This document shows, piece after piece, positions 9,003 through 21,822 of a DNA stretch of 64,000 nucleotides. Origin of the DNA: an uncultured Actinomycetes bacterium (GTDB lineage Bacteria > Actinomycetota > Thermoleophilia > Solirubrobacterales > Solirubrobacteraceae). The number at the start of each line of letters is the position of its first letter. The stretch's first letter is position 1. Made by a program: the position numbers and the translations under genes. The DNA lies in assembly GCA_963730835.1 (NCBI GenBank), contig CAVSTE010000005.1, positions 141,522-205,521 of the forward strand, read 5' to 3'. The notes under the pieces are model-generated. The model was not told where the DNA came from. It did not search any database and worked only from the letters and a program-made list of their open reading frames with translations.

Positions 9003-9215
9003 GTGACCGATGCTCTGAGAGAGCTCTCGAGCAGGCTCGAGCAGGCGGTGGAGCGTTTGCGGGCGGGGGAACTCGAACCCGACGCGGCGCTCGCCCTGAT
9101 CGAGGATTGCGCGCGCCTGGCATCCGAGGCCTCAGCCCGGGTCGACGAGCGCGCCCGCGCAGCGCTCGAGCCGCTGCCGGACCTGCCGGGCCAGCTGCCC
9201 CTGCCGGCGGCCTGA
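9003..9215 (+). CDS. xseB: Exodeoxyribonuclease VII small subunit-like protein
   Basis: 70-aa helical protein (LEQAVERLRAGEL..ALAL..C); lies upstream of ispA-dxs as in the conserved cluster. Confidence 0.6.
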   Translation: MTDALRELSSRLEQAVERLRAGELEPDAALALIEDCARLASEASARVDERARAALEPLPDLPGQLPLPAA

Positions 9216-9221
9216 TCACCG

Positions 9222-10142
9222 TTGTCGGCGATGGCGTCGATGGTCCCGAGCGGCGGCCAGGGTGCGCCCGCATATCCCGAGCACCTTGTGGAAATTGTCG
9301 AGCGCTACCTGGAGTCGCTGCGGTTCTCGAGCGAGTCGGCATCCGCCGGCCTGGAGGAGGCGATGCGCTACTCGCTGCTGGCAGGGGGCAAGCGCATCAG
9401 GCCGGTGCTGGCCCTGGCAGCCGCCGGGGCCATCGGCCTGGAGGCGGACTGCGTACTCCCGCTGGCGGGCGCGATCGAGCTCGTCCACACTTACTCGCTG
9501 ATCCACGACGACCTTCCGGCCATGGACGACGACGACATGCGGCGCGGGCGGCCCACGTGCCACAAGGTGTTCGGCAATGACGTCGCGATCCTGGCCGGAG
9601 ACGGGCTCTACGCCGAGGCTTTCAGCCTGCTTCTGACCGAGCAGCGCGGCCGGCCCGAGAGCATCATCGCCGCGGCGCGCGAGCTGGCGCTGGCCACCGG
9701 CGTGCGCGGGATGGTGGGCGGTCAGTACCTAGACGTCGCCGGCTCGGCGCCGGACGGTCCCGATGGGCTCCGGCGACTGCACGAGCTAAAGACCGGCAAG
9801 CTGATCGGCGCCAGCGTGGGCTGCGTGCTTTACCTGAGCCCGCGCCTCGAAAGTGAGACAATTTCGGGCTTAAGAGCCTTTGCCAGCGAGCTCGGTGTTC
9901 TGTTCCAGATCGTCGACGACATACTCGACGTGACCGGGTCGGTGCAGACACTGGGTAAGCAGCAGGGCAGCGACGAGCGGCTCGGCAAGCGAACCTACGT
10001 GACCGAGTTCGGGCTCGAGGGAGCGCGCCGTCTGGCCGCCGAGTCGCACGAACGAGCCCGGGCAGCCCTGGCCCGGGCGGTTCCAGAAACAGGCGCAGAG
10101 CTCGCCCAAACCACAGACTTCATCGCAACCCGGAGCTATTGA
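9222..10142 (+). CDS. ispA: Polyprenyl (farnesyl/geranylgeranyl) diphosphate synthase
   Basis: GGKRIRP, SLIHDDLPAMDDDDMRRGRPT, FQIVDDILD. Confidence 0.92.
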   Translation: MSAMASMVPSGGQGAPAYPEHLVEIVERYLESLRFSSESASAGLEEAMRYSLLAGGKRIRPVLALAAAGAIGLEADCVLPLAGAIELVHTYSLIHDDLPAMDDDDMRRGRPTCHKVFGNDVAILAGDGLYAEAFSLLLTEQRGRPESIIAAARELALATGVRGMVGGQYLDVAGSAPDGPDGLRRLHELKTGKLIGASVGCVLYLSPRLESETISGLRAFASELGVLFQIVDDILDVTGSVQTLGKQQGSDERLGKRTYVTEFGLEGARRLAAESHERARAALARAVPETGAELAQTTDFIATRSY

Positions 10143-12138
10143 TGCCAGACCTCCTCAAGCGGATCGAATCGCCCACAGACCTCCACCAGCTCTCGGACGA
10201 TGAGCTGGAGGCGCTGGCGCAGGAGCTGCGGGAGTACATCATCGACACGGTGGGGGAGATAGGCGGTCATTTCGGCGCAAACCTCGGGACCTGCGAGATC
10301 GCGGTGGCGCTGCATTCGATGCTCGACTCGCCCAAGGACAAGATCCTGTGGGACGTCGGGCACCAGGCTTACCCACACAAGGTCCTCACCGGCCGTCGAG
10401 ACCGTCTGGGCAGCATCCGCCAGTACGGTGGGCTGGCGCCGTTCTGCGCCATCCACGAGTCGGAGCACGACATCATGGGCGCGGGGCACGCCTCGACGGC
10501 GATCGGCTATGCGGTGGGTCTCAAGGAGGGCATGCGCCGCGGCCACGGCGAGGATGGCCACGTGGTGGCGGTGGCCGGCGACGGCGCGTTGACGGGCGGC
10601 GTGGCGTTCGAGGCGGTCCAGCAAGCCGGCGGACAGGGGACGCCGATCGTGGTCGTGCTCAATGACAACGGCATGTCGATCGCGCCCAACGTCGGCGCCA
10701 TGTCGCGCCAGTTCAACCGCGTCCGGCTGAATCCCAAGCTGTGGCACGCGCGTGAGGAGGTGGAGGGCGGCCTGACCAAGCTGCCCGCCGGCATCGGAGC
10801 CGCGTTCGAGCGCTTCGGCCCCCACGTCAAGGAGTCGATCAAGGCCTTCTGGGCCCCCGGGCTGTGGTGGGAGGAGCTCGAGTTCGCCTACATCGGCGTG
10901 ATCGACGGCCACGACGTCAGGGCGCTGCGGATGGCCCTTCGCGATGCCCTGGCCGCCGAGCGCCCGGTCGTCATCCACTGCGCCACGGTCAAGGGCAAGG
11001 GGTTCGCACCGGCCGAGGAAGGCGGCCTGGAGGGCATGGAGAAGTGGCACGCCGCCAAGCCCAAGTCGATCTCCAACGGCGCTCCGGCGAGCGCGGCGCC
11101 GTCGCCGGCTGGGTCCAGCCGGGCTGCAGCAAAGCCGGCCCCACCGCAGTACACGCAGGTGTTCGGGAAGGCCCTGGTCAACGAGTGCCGGCGTGACGAG
11201 CGGGTGATCGGGATCACCGCGGCGATGAACTCGGGGACGGGGCTCAACCTGCTGCAACGAGAGCTCCCCGACCGCTACTACGACGTCGGCATCGCCGAGC
11301 AGCAGGCCCTGCTGTTCGCCGCCGGGCTGGCGCTGCAGGGATGCAAGCCCGTGGCCGCGATCTACTCCACGTTCCTGCAGCGCGCCTTTGACCAGGTCGT
11401 CCACGACGTCTGTTTGCAGAAGCTGAATGTGGTGTTCGCCATGGACCGTGCTGGGCTGGTAGGGGACGACGGCCCCACCCACCACGGCGCGTTCGACATC
11501 GCCTACCTGCGCTGCCTGCCGAACATCGTGCTGATGGCGCCGCGGGACGAGGCCATGCTGGTCAACATGCTGCGCACGGCGCTGAAGTACGACGATGGCC
11601 CGATCGCGCTGCGCTACCCGCGGGGTGCGGCGCTCGGAGTGCCGCTGCCTTCGCGTCCCACGGAGATCGAGATCGGCACAGGGGAGATCCTGCGCGAAGG
11701 GGGGATTTCTGGTTCCGGTGGCGAGTCCGCGCGCGTGGCGTTTCTGGGATACGGCACCGGCGTGGTCAGAAGGCGCTGGAGGCGGCTTCGATCCTCGCGT
11801 CGCACGGGATCTCGGCCACGGTCGCCGACGCCCGCTTCGCCAAGCCGATTGATGCGGCGCTGGCCGCGCAGCTGGCCGCCGAGCACGAGCTGCTGGTCAC
11901 GGTCGAGGAGGGCGTGCTGGCCGGGGGGTTTGGGTCAGCGGTCTGGGAGACGCTGTCAGATGCCGGAGTGGGCGGCGTCGGCGCGGTCGGCGGCGCCAGG
12001 ATCCTGCGGGTCGGGCTGCCCGACCGCTACGTGACCCACGGCGCGCCCAAGCTGCTGCACGAGGAGGTGGGCTTCACCGGCGAGCGGATCGCCGAGCGGG
12101 TGGAGGCCGCCGTGGCGCGGCGCGAGCGGGTGGCGTAG
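10139..12138 (+). CDS. dxs: 1-deoxy-D-xylulose-5-phosphate synthase, frameshifted near 11765 (probable sequence error)
   Basis: WDVGHQAYPHK, GDGALTGG, GIAEQ, DGPTHHG; C-terminal domain (ADARFAKPID, TVEE, GGFGSAV) continues in another frame to TAG at 12138. Confidence 0.92.
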
Positions 12139-12193
12139 GGGTTCAGGCGCTCGGCCCCGCCTCGCTCGGCTCCGCCTCGCGGCGGCCCGGCCC

Positions 12194-12363
12194 CGCGAGG
12201 GCCGTTCCCTCCGCTCGGCGCCGCTTCGCGGCCCCCGGGGCCGTCCAACGCGAGGGCCGTCACTCTCCGCTCCGCGCCGCTTCCGGCCCCTGGGGCCCGG
12301 CCCGCGAGGGCCGTCCCCTCCGCTCCGCGCCGCCTCCCGGCCCCTGGGGCGGTCCAACGCGAG
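12194..12363. repeat. Three degenerate tandem repeats of about 55 bp
   Basis: Units start CGCGAGGGCCGT at 12194, 12249 and 12303; a partial fourth starts at 12358. Confidence 0.85.
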
Positions 12364-12482
12364 AGTGCAACCTGCGTCGCGCTATTCGAGACAAATTGCG
12401 CAACGTCAGATCGCTCGGCCCGCGACGCCCGGCCCCAGAAGCAGAACGGCCCGCGCGAGCGCGGGAACGGGTCCCGCCCGCG

Positions 12483-12562
12483 AACGCAGAACGGCCCGCG
12501 CGAACGCGGGCCGTTCAGAGGGAGGAGAGATGTTCTGCGTTGGTAGGTGGACGAATCCACCT
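12483..12562 (-). ncRNA. Candidate small RNA with two UUCG hairpins and an anti-SD tract
   Basis: Minus strand reads AGGTGGA-TTCG-TCCACCT, linker ACCAACGCAGAACATCTCTCCTCCCTCT, then GAACGGCCCGCG-TTCG-CGCGGGCCGTTC-TGCGTT. Confidence 0.55.
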
Positions 12563-12624
12563 GAAACTAAGGTTGCCGTCTTTCCGCCTGACCAGTGTGA
12601 TCTCGATCACGTACCGTCTGCGCG

Positions 12625-13419
12625 GTGAAGCGGACCCGACTCGACGTCCTGCTCACCCGGCGGGGCGCGTTTCCGTCGCGGTCCCGGGCCGCGGCATCGG
12701 TTCTCGCCGGCGAGGTTTTTTTCCTACCCGACCGTCGTCGGGCCGAGAAGCCTGGCCAGATGGTCCCCGAGGACGTCGATGTCGAGCTCAGCCATGGCCC
12801 GGAGTTCGTGTCCCGCGGCGGGGTCAAGCTCGCCAACGCGCTGGCGGCGTTCCAGCTCGACGTGGCGGGTCGCGAGGCGCTCGACATCGGGGCGTCGACG
12901 GGTGGCTTCACCGACTGCCTGCTGCGCCGTGGCGCCGCTCGCGTCACGTGTGTCGACGTGGCCTATGGCCAGCTCGACTGGCGGCTGCGCTCGGATCCCC
13001 GAGTCACGGTCATCGAGCGGCGCAACGCCCGCTCGCTTGACGTCGAGGAGCTTCCGTACGCTCCCGACCTGATCGTGATCGACGTGTCGTTCATCTCGCT
13101 GAGCAAGGTGCTGCCGGCGGCCATCGGCTGCGCGGGCGAGCGCTTCGACTGCCTGGCCTTGGTCAAGCCGCAGTTCGAGGTGGGGCGCGAGCACGTCGGC
13201 CGCGGTGGGGTGGTGCGAGACGGGGGCCAGCGCCGTCGCGCGCTGGTTACGGTCGGCCGCGAGGCGCTGAGGCTGGGAGCGGCCGTGATCGGCTACGCCA
13301 GCTCGGGCCTCCCAGGCCCGAAGGGCAATCGGGAGTCGTTCACCTGGCTGGCCGAACGGGCTCGCGGCGGCCTTGGGTCCGACGAGCTGGAGACGGCGGC
13401 CAGGGGGGTCGAGCCGTGA
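12625..13419 (+). CDS. tlyA: TlyA family rRNA 2'-O-methyltransferase
   Basis: RLDVLL S4-like start, VSRGGVKL, DIGASTGGFTDCLL, DVSFISL, LVKPQFE, GPKGNRE. Confidence 0.95.
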   Translation: MKRTRLDVLLTRRGAFPSRSRAAASVLAGEVFFLPDRRRAEKPGQMVPEDVDVELSHGPEFVSRGGVKLANALAAFQLDVAGREALDIGASTGGFTDCLLRRGAARVTCVDVAYGQLDWRLRSDPRVTVIERRNARSLDVEELPYAPDLIVIDVSFISLSKVLPAAIGCAGERFDCLALVKPQFEVGREHVGRGGVVRDGGQRRRALVTVGREALRLGAAVIGYASSGLPGPKGNRESFTWLAERARGGLGSDELETAARGVEP

Positions 13420-14312
13420 ACGCTGGCGGCGACGGCGACAGCCAGGCCGCTAACCCGGTTCGCGTCGCCACGGTTTTCACGCATCAGCGGCCGGGGGAGA
13501 CGGGGCCGGCCATCGCCGAACTGATCGAGCGGGCCCGCGAAGCGGGCGCTGCGCTGCGCTTCGATCCGGTGGAGACACGCAAGCACGGCCTGGCTCCCGG
13601 GGAAGGGATCGAGATTGACGCCGCCACGCACCGGGGCGTCGACATGTGCTTTGCGCTGGGCGGCGATGGAACGATCCTCACCGCGCTGCGAGCCTACGCC
13701 GGTACGAGCACACCCGTGTTTGCGGTCAACTTCGGAGAGATTGGATTCCTGGCCACCGTCGAGCGGGACGAGGCCGACTACGGCCTTCGTCGCGCCTTCG
13801 CGGGCGAATTCGAGGTCCTGGCGCTGCCGGGGCTGAGGGTCTCCGACCAGCGGGCGCACTGGCTGGCGATCAATGACGTCTCGATCCACCGGCAGCCCGG
13901 GAAGCGAGTGGCCGACCTGGCCTACGCAGTCGGCGCCGACGAGGTCGGCAGGGTGCGCTGCGACGGGCTCGTCGTGGCCACCCCGGCTGGATCGACCGGC
14001 TACAACCTGGCGAACGCCGGCCCGGTGATGGCCTGGGGCGTCGAGGGGTTCGTCGTGTCGTTCATCGCACCGCACTCGCTGACGGCGCGCTCGCTGGTGG
14101 TCGCGCCGGGCGATTTGCTCGTCGTCCACAACCGATCCCGGGACGAACCCGTCGACGTCGTAGTCGACGGACGCCCTACGGGGGCGCTGGACGCAGGGGA
14201 GACCGTTTCGGTGGCCTTCGTCGGCAACCAGGGCCACCTGGCGCAGGTTCCCGGGACGACCTTCTACCACCGTCTGAGGGAGAAGTTCGGGCGCCTGGTG
14301 GCACCGCTTTAG
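13416..14312 (+). CDS. nadK: NAD kinase
   Basis: LGGDGT, GFLA, DGLVVATPAGSTGY; lies between tlyA and recN. Confidence 0.92.
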   Translation: MNAGGDGDSQAANPVRVATVFTHQRPGETGPAIAELIERAREAGAALRFDPVETRKHGLAPGEGIEIDAATHRGVDMCFALGGDGTILTALRAYAGTSTPVFAVNFGEIGFLATVERDEADYGLRRAFAGEFEVLALPGLRVSDQRAHWLAINDVSIHRQPGKRVADLAYAVGADEVGRVRCDGLVVATPAGSTGYNLANAGPVMAWGVEGFVVSFIAPHSLTARSLVVAPGDLLVVHNRSRDEPVDVVVDGRPTGALDAGETVSVAFVGNQGHLAQVPGTTFYHRLREKFGRLVAPL

Positions 14313-14385
14313 CGAAGCGCCCCGCTGAATCGAGCCGCCCGGTGGATAGGCGCGATCCGTCTACCGCGCCTGGTACACCCGGCCT

Positions 14386-17827
<3,442 letters not shown>

Positions 17828-17851
17828 TCGAGCCCCCGAGCGAGACGGATC

Positions 17852-18988
17852 GTGAGGCGCGCTAGCGATCAAGAGCGCGAGCGGCTTCACGAGACTTTCC
17901 AGACGCTCTGCCGGATCGAAAGCCCTTCCGGCCGGGAGCGGGCGTGCGCGGATTGGGTGGCTCGCGAGCTCAGCGCGATCGGTCTCCGGGTGGAGGAGGA
18001 CGACGCGGGGCCCCGGGCCGGCTCGGACGCCGGCAACCTCCTGGCGCGCGTCCCAGGAGGCACGGGGAGCATCATGCTCTGTGCGCACCTTGACACCGTG
18101 CCGCTCGCGGCGCCCGTCGAGCCCGTGCTCGTCGATGGGCATTTTGAGAACCGACACGCGGGCATCCTCGGGGCTGACAACAAGACATCCGTTGCCATCC
18201 TGATCGAGCTCGCCCGGCGGCTCACCGCGGCGGGTGACTCCGCCGCCGTGGGGGTCGAGCTGCTGTTCACTGTTTGTGAGGAGGTCTCGCTGCGAGGCTC
18301 GCGCGAGTTCGACGTAGCGCGGCTGCGCAGCCCGTTCGGCTACGTCTTCGATCACGCCACGCCGATCGGCGAGATAGTCCTGGCGTCACCCACGCACCAT
18401 CGCATCGTCGCTGCGCTGCACGGCCGCGCCGCGCACGCCGGTCTGCGGCCCGAGGTTGGGCGCAGCGCGATCGCCGCGGCGGCGCGGGCCATCGCCGCGT
18501 CGCGGCTGGGCCGTGTCGACCCCGAGACGACGGCCAACGTGGGCACGATCGAGGGCGGCAGCGCAATCAACGTCGTGCCGGAACGCTGCCGCGTGGAGGG
18601 AGAGGTACGGAGCCTCGACGAAGCCAAGGTGGAGGCGCTGGCCACGGAGATGATCGACCACCTCCAGGACGCCGCGAACGCCGAGGAGTGTGATCTCGAC
18701 GTGACTGTGGAGCGGATGTTCAAGGGCTACCGAACGCGGGCGCGCGCCGAGCAGGTGGTTCTCGGCGAGCGCGCGCTGCGGGCCTGCGGATACGAGCCGA
18801 CGCACATCGTGACCGGCGGCGCTTCCGATGCGAACTCGTTCGAGGCTGCCGGGTTTTCCTGTACGAATCTGGCCGATGGAACCGAGCGCAACCATCAACC
18901 GGACGAGCGCGTCAGCGTCGATGCACTCGACGGAATGTTCGAGGTGGCGCTGGCCCTGGTAGAGGAGGCAGCGGAGGTGATCGGATGA
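17852..18988 (+). CDS. M20 family metallopeptidase (peptidase T-like)
   Basis: AHLDTV, LGADNK, EEVSL, GGASDAN, H..DE. Confidence 0.88.
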   Translation: MRRASDQERERLHETFQTLCRIESPSGRERACADWVARELSAIGLRVEEDDAGPRAGSDAGNLLARVPGGTGSIMLCAHLDTVPLAAPVEPVLVDGHFENRHAGILGADNKTSVAILIELARRLTAAGDSAAVGVELLFTVCEEVSLRGSREFDVARLRSPFGYVFDHATPIGEIVLASPTHHRIVAALHGRAAHAGLRPEVGRSAIAAAARAIAASRLGRVDPETTANVGTIEGGSAINVVPERCRVEGEVRSLDEAKVEALATEMIDHLQDAANAEECDLDVTVERMFKGYRTRARAEQVVLGERALRACGYEPTHIVTGGASDANSFEAAGFSCTNLADGTERNHQPDERVSVDALDGMFEVALALVEEAAEVIG

Positions 18989-19533
18989 ACGAGCAGGGCG
19001 GCCACGGGTTCGAGGCCCTGGGCGGCGAGACGAAGTACGAAGGCAAGATCGCTTCAGTCACCGTGGAACGTTTTCGGCACGCCGACGGAGAGGAGGTGAC
19101 CAGAGAGAAGGTCTCCCACCCCGGTGCGGTCGGCATCGTGGCGATCGACGAGCAGAGCGTATGGCTGACCCGTCAACCGCGGGAAGTGGTGAACGAGCCT
19201 GCCTCGCTCGAGATCCCGGCCGGCAAGCTCGACGTGGAGGGCGAACTACCCCTCGAGACCGCCAAGCGCGAGCTCGCCGAGGAGATAGGCCAGCAGGCAG
19301 CAGGCTGGGAGGAAATCCTGGCGTTCTACACAAGCCCCGGATTCAGCGACGAGCGTGTGGTGCTGTTCATGGCGACGGACCTCTCGCCGGCGCCGGAGGC
19401 CCAGAGCGACGAGCTCGAACGCATCGAGGTGGTCCGATGGCCGCTTGAGCGGCTGGACGAAGCGATCGCGCGGTGTGAGGACTCCAAGTCGCTGATCGCC
19501 TTGCTCTGGCTGGCACGCCGCCAGCAGACATAG
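18985..19533 (+). CDS. NUDIX hydrolase (ADP-ribose pyrophosphatase-like)
   Basis: EIPAGKLD..AKRELAEEIG Nudix box; YTSPGFSDE. Confidence 0.92.
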   Translation: MNEQGGHGFEALGGETKYEGKIASVTVERFRHADGEEVTREKVSHPGAVGIVAIDEQSVWLTRQPREVVNEPASLEIPAGKLDVEGELPLETAKRELAEEIGQQAAGWEEILAFYTSPGFSDERVVLFMATDLSPAPEAQSDELERIEVVRWPLERLDEAIARCEDSKSLIALLWLARRQQT

Positions 19534-19567
19534 AAGGAGGGACGGCCGCCGAGGCGAATAGGCGGTC

Positions 19568-20542
19568 ATGACGGCCGCCACCCTCGATGCATCTCGCTCA
19601 GCGCCGGAGCGACCTTCGCGCCGGATGGGAGAGCTGATGCTCGACTTTCTGGCCTATCTCGAGCTCGAACGCGGCCTGTCTCGCAACACGCTCGAGGCCT
19701 ACCGTTCCGATCTGCAGCAGTTCGGCGCGTTCCTTGGAAAGCGGAACGTCGATCCTCTATCCGCCTGCGCCGGCGACCTGCAGGGGTTCATCTCGGAGTT
19801 GGCGAGCGGACGCGACGGCCGTCGCGGAGCCCGCCCGGCGACGCTCCAGCGCAAGGTAGCCTGCCTTCGCTCCTTCTACAGGCACCTGCGGCGCGAGCAG
19901 CTCATCGTCGACGACCCCTCCTCACAGCTGCGCCCGCCGCGCTCTCGGGCCAGGTTGCCGAAGGTTCTGAGCCGCGACGAAGTGGGTCAGCTTCTGGCGC
20001 AGCCCCGTGGGAACTCACCAGCGGCGCTCCGCGACCGCGCGCTGCTGGAGACGATGTACGCCTGTGGCCTGCGCGCCTCGGAGGCCATCGCGCTCGAGGT
20101 CTCGGCGCTGGATCTCGAAGCAGGGGTGCTGCGCGCGCGTGGCAAGGGATCCAAGGAGCGGCTCGTCCCGATTGGCTCCAAGGCGATCGAGGCTCTGCGC
20201 GCGTACCTTGACCGCGGCCGGCCACGGCTCGTCGGCCTTGGCGAGGAGCCGCGCGTGTTCTTGAATATTCGCGGGGGGCCGCTCTCGCGCCAGGGCCTGT
20301 ACAAGATCGTCCAGCGCCACGCGCGCAGCGCTGGGCTGGAGCGACGGATGAGCCCGCACACTCTGCGGCACACGTTCGCCACGCACCTGCTCGCCGGCGG
20401 CTGCGACCTGCGATCGCTGCAGGAGATGCTGGGCCACGCCGACATCGGTACCACCCAGGTCTACACCCACCTCTCCGCTGATCGCCTGCGGGACGTCTAC
20501 TTCGACGCCCACCCCCGGGCACAGATCACCCGCTCGTACTAG
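19568..20542 (+). CDS. xerD: Tyrosine recombinase XerD
   Basis: ERGLSRNTLEAY, GLRASE, SPHTLRHTFATHLL, LQEMLGHADIGTTQVYTH; follows a NUDIX gene as in the actinobacterial cluster. Confidence 0.92.
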   Translation: MTAATLDASRSAPERPSRRMGELMLDFLAYLELERGLSRNTLEAYRSDLQQFGAFLGKRNVDPLSACAGDLQGFISELASGRDGRRGARPATLQRKVACLRSFYRHLRREQLIVDDPSSQLRPPRSRARLPKVLSRDEVGQLLAQPRGNSPAALRDRALLETMYACGLRASEAIALEVSALDLEAGVLRARGKGSKERLVPIGSKAIEALRAYLDRGRPRLVGLGEEPRVFLNIRGGPLSRQGLYKIVQRHARSAGLERRMSPHTLRHTFATHLLAGGCDLRSLQEMLGHADIGTTQVYTHLSADRLRDVYFDAHPRAQITRSY

Positions 20543-20652
20543 CGGCGCGCCGCTCGCCCGCGAGCGGCCCCGGCAGCTTTGGGGAGCTCCGAGCCGGCTC
20601 GGCCCTGGAGCCGCTGCCAGAATCGCCCCGTGCCGATCCCGCTCAGCAGCGC

Positions 20653-21822
20653 GTGAGCATAGAACGCCGCCAGAAGCGGGCGTTCGTCGTCGTGATCGAT
20701 GCCTGCGGCGTCGGGGCGCTTCCGGACGCCGCAGCGTATGGCGACGCGGGAGCCAACACCCTGGGGCACCTGGCCGCTGTGCTTCAAGGTCTCGAGCTGC
20801 CGACGTTGGAGCGGCTGGGGCTAGGCTCGATTCTGGCCCTCGAGGGTGTGCCGCCGGCGCGGCAGCCCGTGCTTCACGGCCGCCTTCGGCCCCTGGGCCC
20901 CGGTAAGGACTCGACCGCTGGGCACTGGGAGCTGATGGGAGTCATCACCCCGCGCCGGCTTCCCACCTACCCGCACGGCTTCCCGCCCGAGGTGACCGCT
21001 CTCGTCACCGCGCTCAGCGATCGCCCGGTGATCTGCAATCTGCCGTACAACGGCGTCGGCGCGATCGAGGATTTCGGCGCCGAACAGCTCTCCGACGGTG
21101 CGCTGATCGTCTATACGAGCCAGGACTCCGTGCTGCAGATCGCGGCACATGTTGACGTGCTCGCGCCGGACGAGCTGTATGAGATCTGCCGCGCGGTGCG
21201 CCAGTCGTTGCCGGCCGCGCATGCCGTGGGACGGGTGATCGCCCGCCCGTTCCAGGGCTCCGTGGCGGCCGGCTTCGAGCGCACCGATGGGCGGCGCGAC
21301 TTCTCGGTCGAACCGCCGCGTCCCAGCTATCTGCAAGCTCTGCAAGCACGCGGCATCCCCGTCCACGCGGTGGGCAAGGCAGGCCAGCTGTTCCGCGGGA
21401 TCGGCGTCGATGTCCAGCACGAGGGAGCCACGAATCGAGCGGCGCTCAGCCGCACGGGCGAGCTGATCAATTCGCTTCACTCGGGGCTCGTGTTCACGAA
21501 CTTGATCGAGACCGACCAGGTCTACGGCCACCGCCACGACGCTGTCGGCTTCCACCGCGCGCTGCGTGAGATCGACGACGCCGTCGCCGGCTGGCTGCAG
21601 GCCCTCGGCCCGAACGACCTGCTGGTGCTGACAGCCGACCATGGCTGCGACGTCACCGCCTCCCACACCGACCATACGCGCGAGTTCGCCCCGCTGCTGG
21701 CCAGTTTCGCGGGCCACGGCTCGCGCCGCCACGACGGCGCGCTGCCCGACGTGGGGGCCAGCGTCATGCGCTGGCTCACCGGGGGCTCCGAACCGGACCT
21801 CCCCGGTTCCCCGTTCGTCTGA
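20653..21822 (+). CDS. deoB: Phosphopentomutase
   Basis: VIDACGVG..PDA, GKDSTAGHWE, RVIARPF, YGHR, TADHG, DHTRE. Confidence 0.93.
   Translation: MSIERRQKRAFVVVIDACGVGALPDAAAYGDAGANTLGHLAAVLQGLELPTLERLGLGSILALEGVPPARQPVLHGRLRPLGPGKDSTAGHWELMGVITPRRLPTYPHGFPPEVTALVTALSDRPVICNLPYNGVGAIEDFGAEQLSDGALIVYTSQDSVLQIAAHVDVLAPDELYEICRAVRQSLPAAHAVGRVIARPFQGSVAAGFERTDGRRDFSVEPPRPSYLQALQARGIPVHAVGKAGQLFRGIGVDVQHEGATNRAALSRTGELINSLHSGLVFTNLIETDQVYGHRHDAVGFHRALREIDDAVAGWLQALGPNDLLVLTADHGCDVTASHTDHTREFAPLLASFAGHGSRRHDGALPDVGASVMRWLTGGSEPDLPGSPFV

Noticed and set aside
12194-12363. Possible CRISPR array
   Set aside because: The entire unit repeats with no unique spacers, and there are no cas genes in the window.
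12530-12628. 32-aa plus-strand ORF (MFCVGRWTNPP...) with SD-like GGAGGAG, overlapping the tlyA start
   Set aside because: Codon usage is atypical, tlyA has its own leaderless -10 inside this ORF, and the UUCG loops favour a minus-strand RNA. Not fully excluded.
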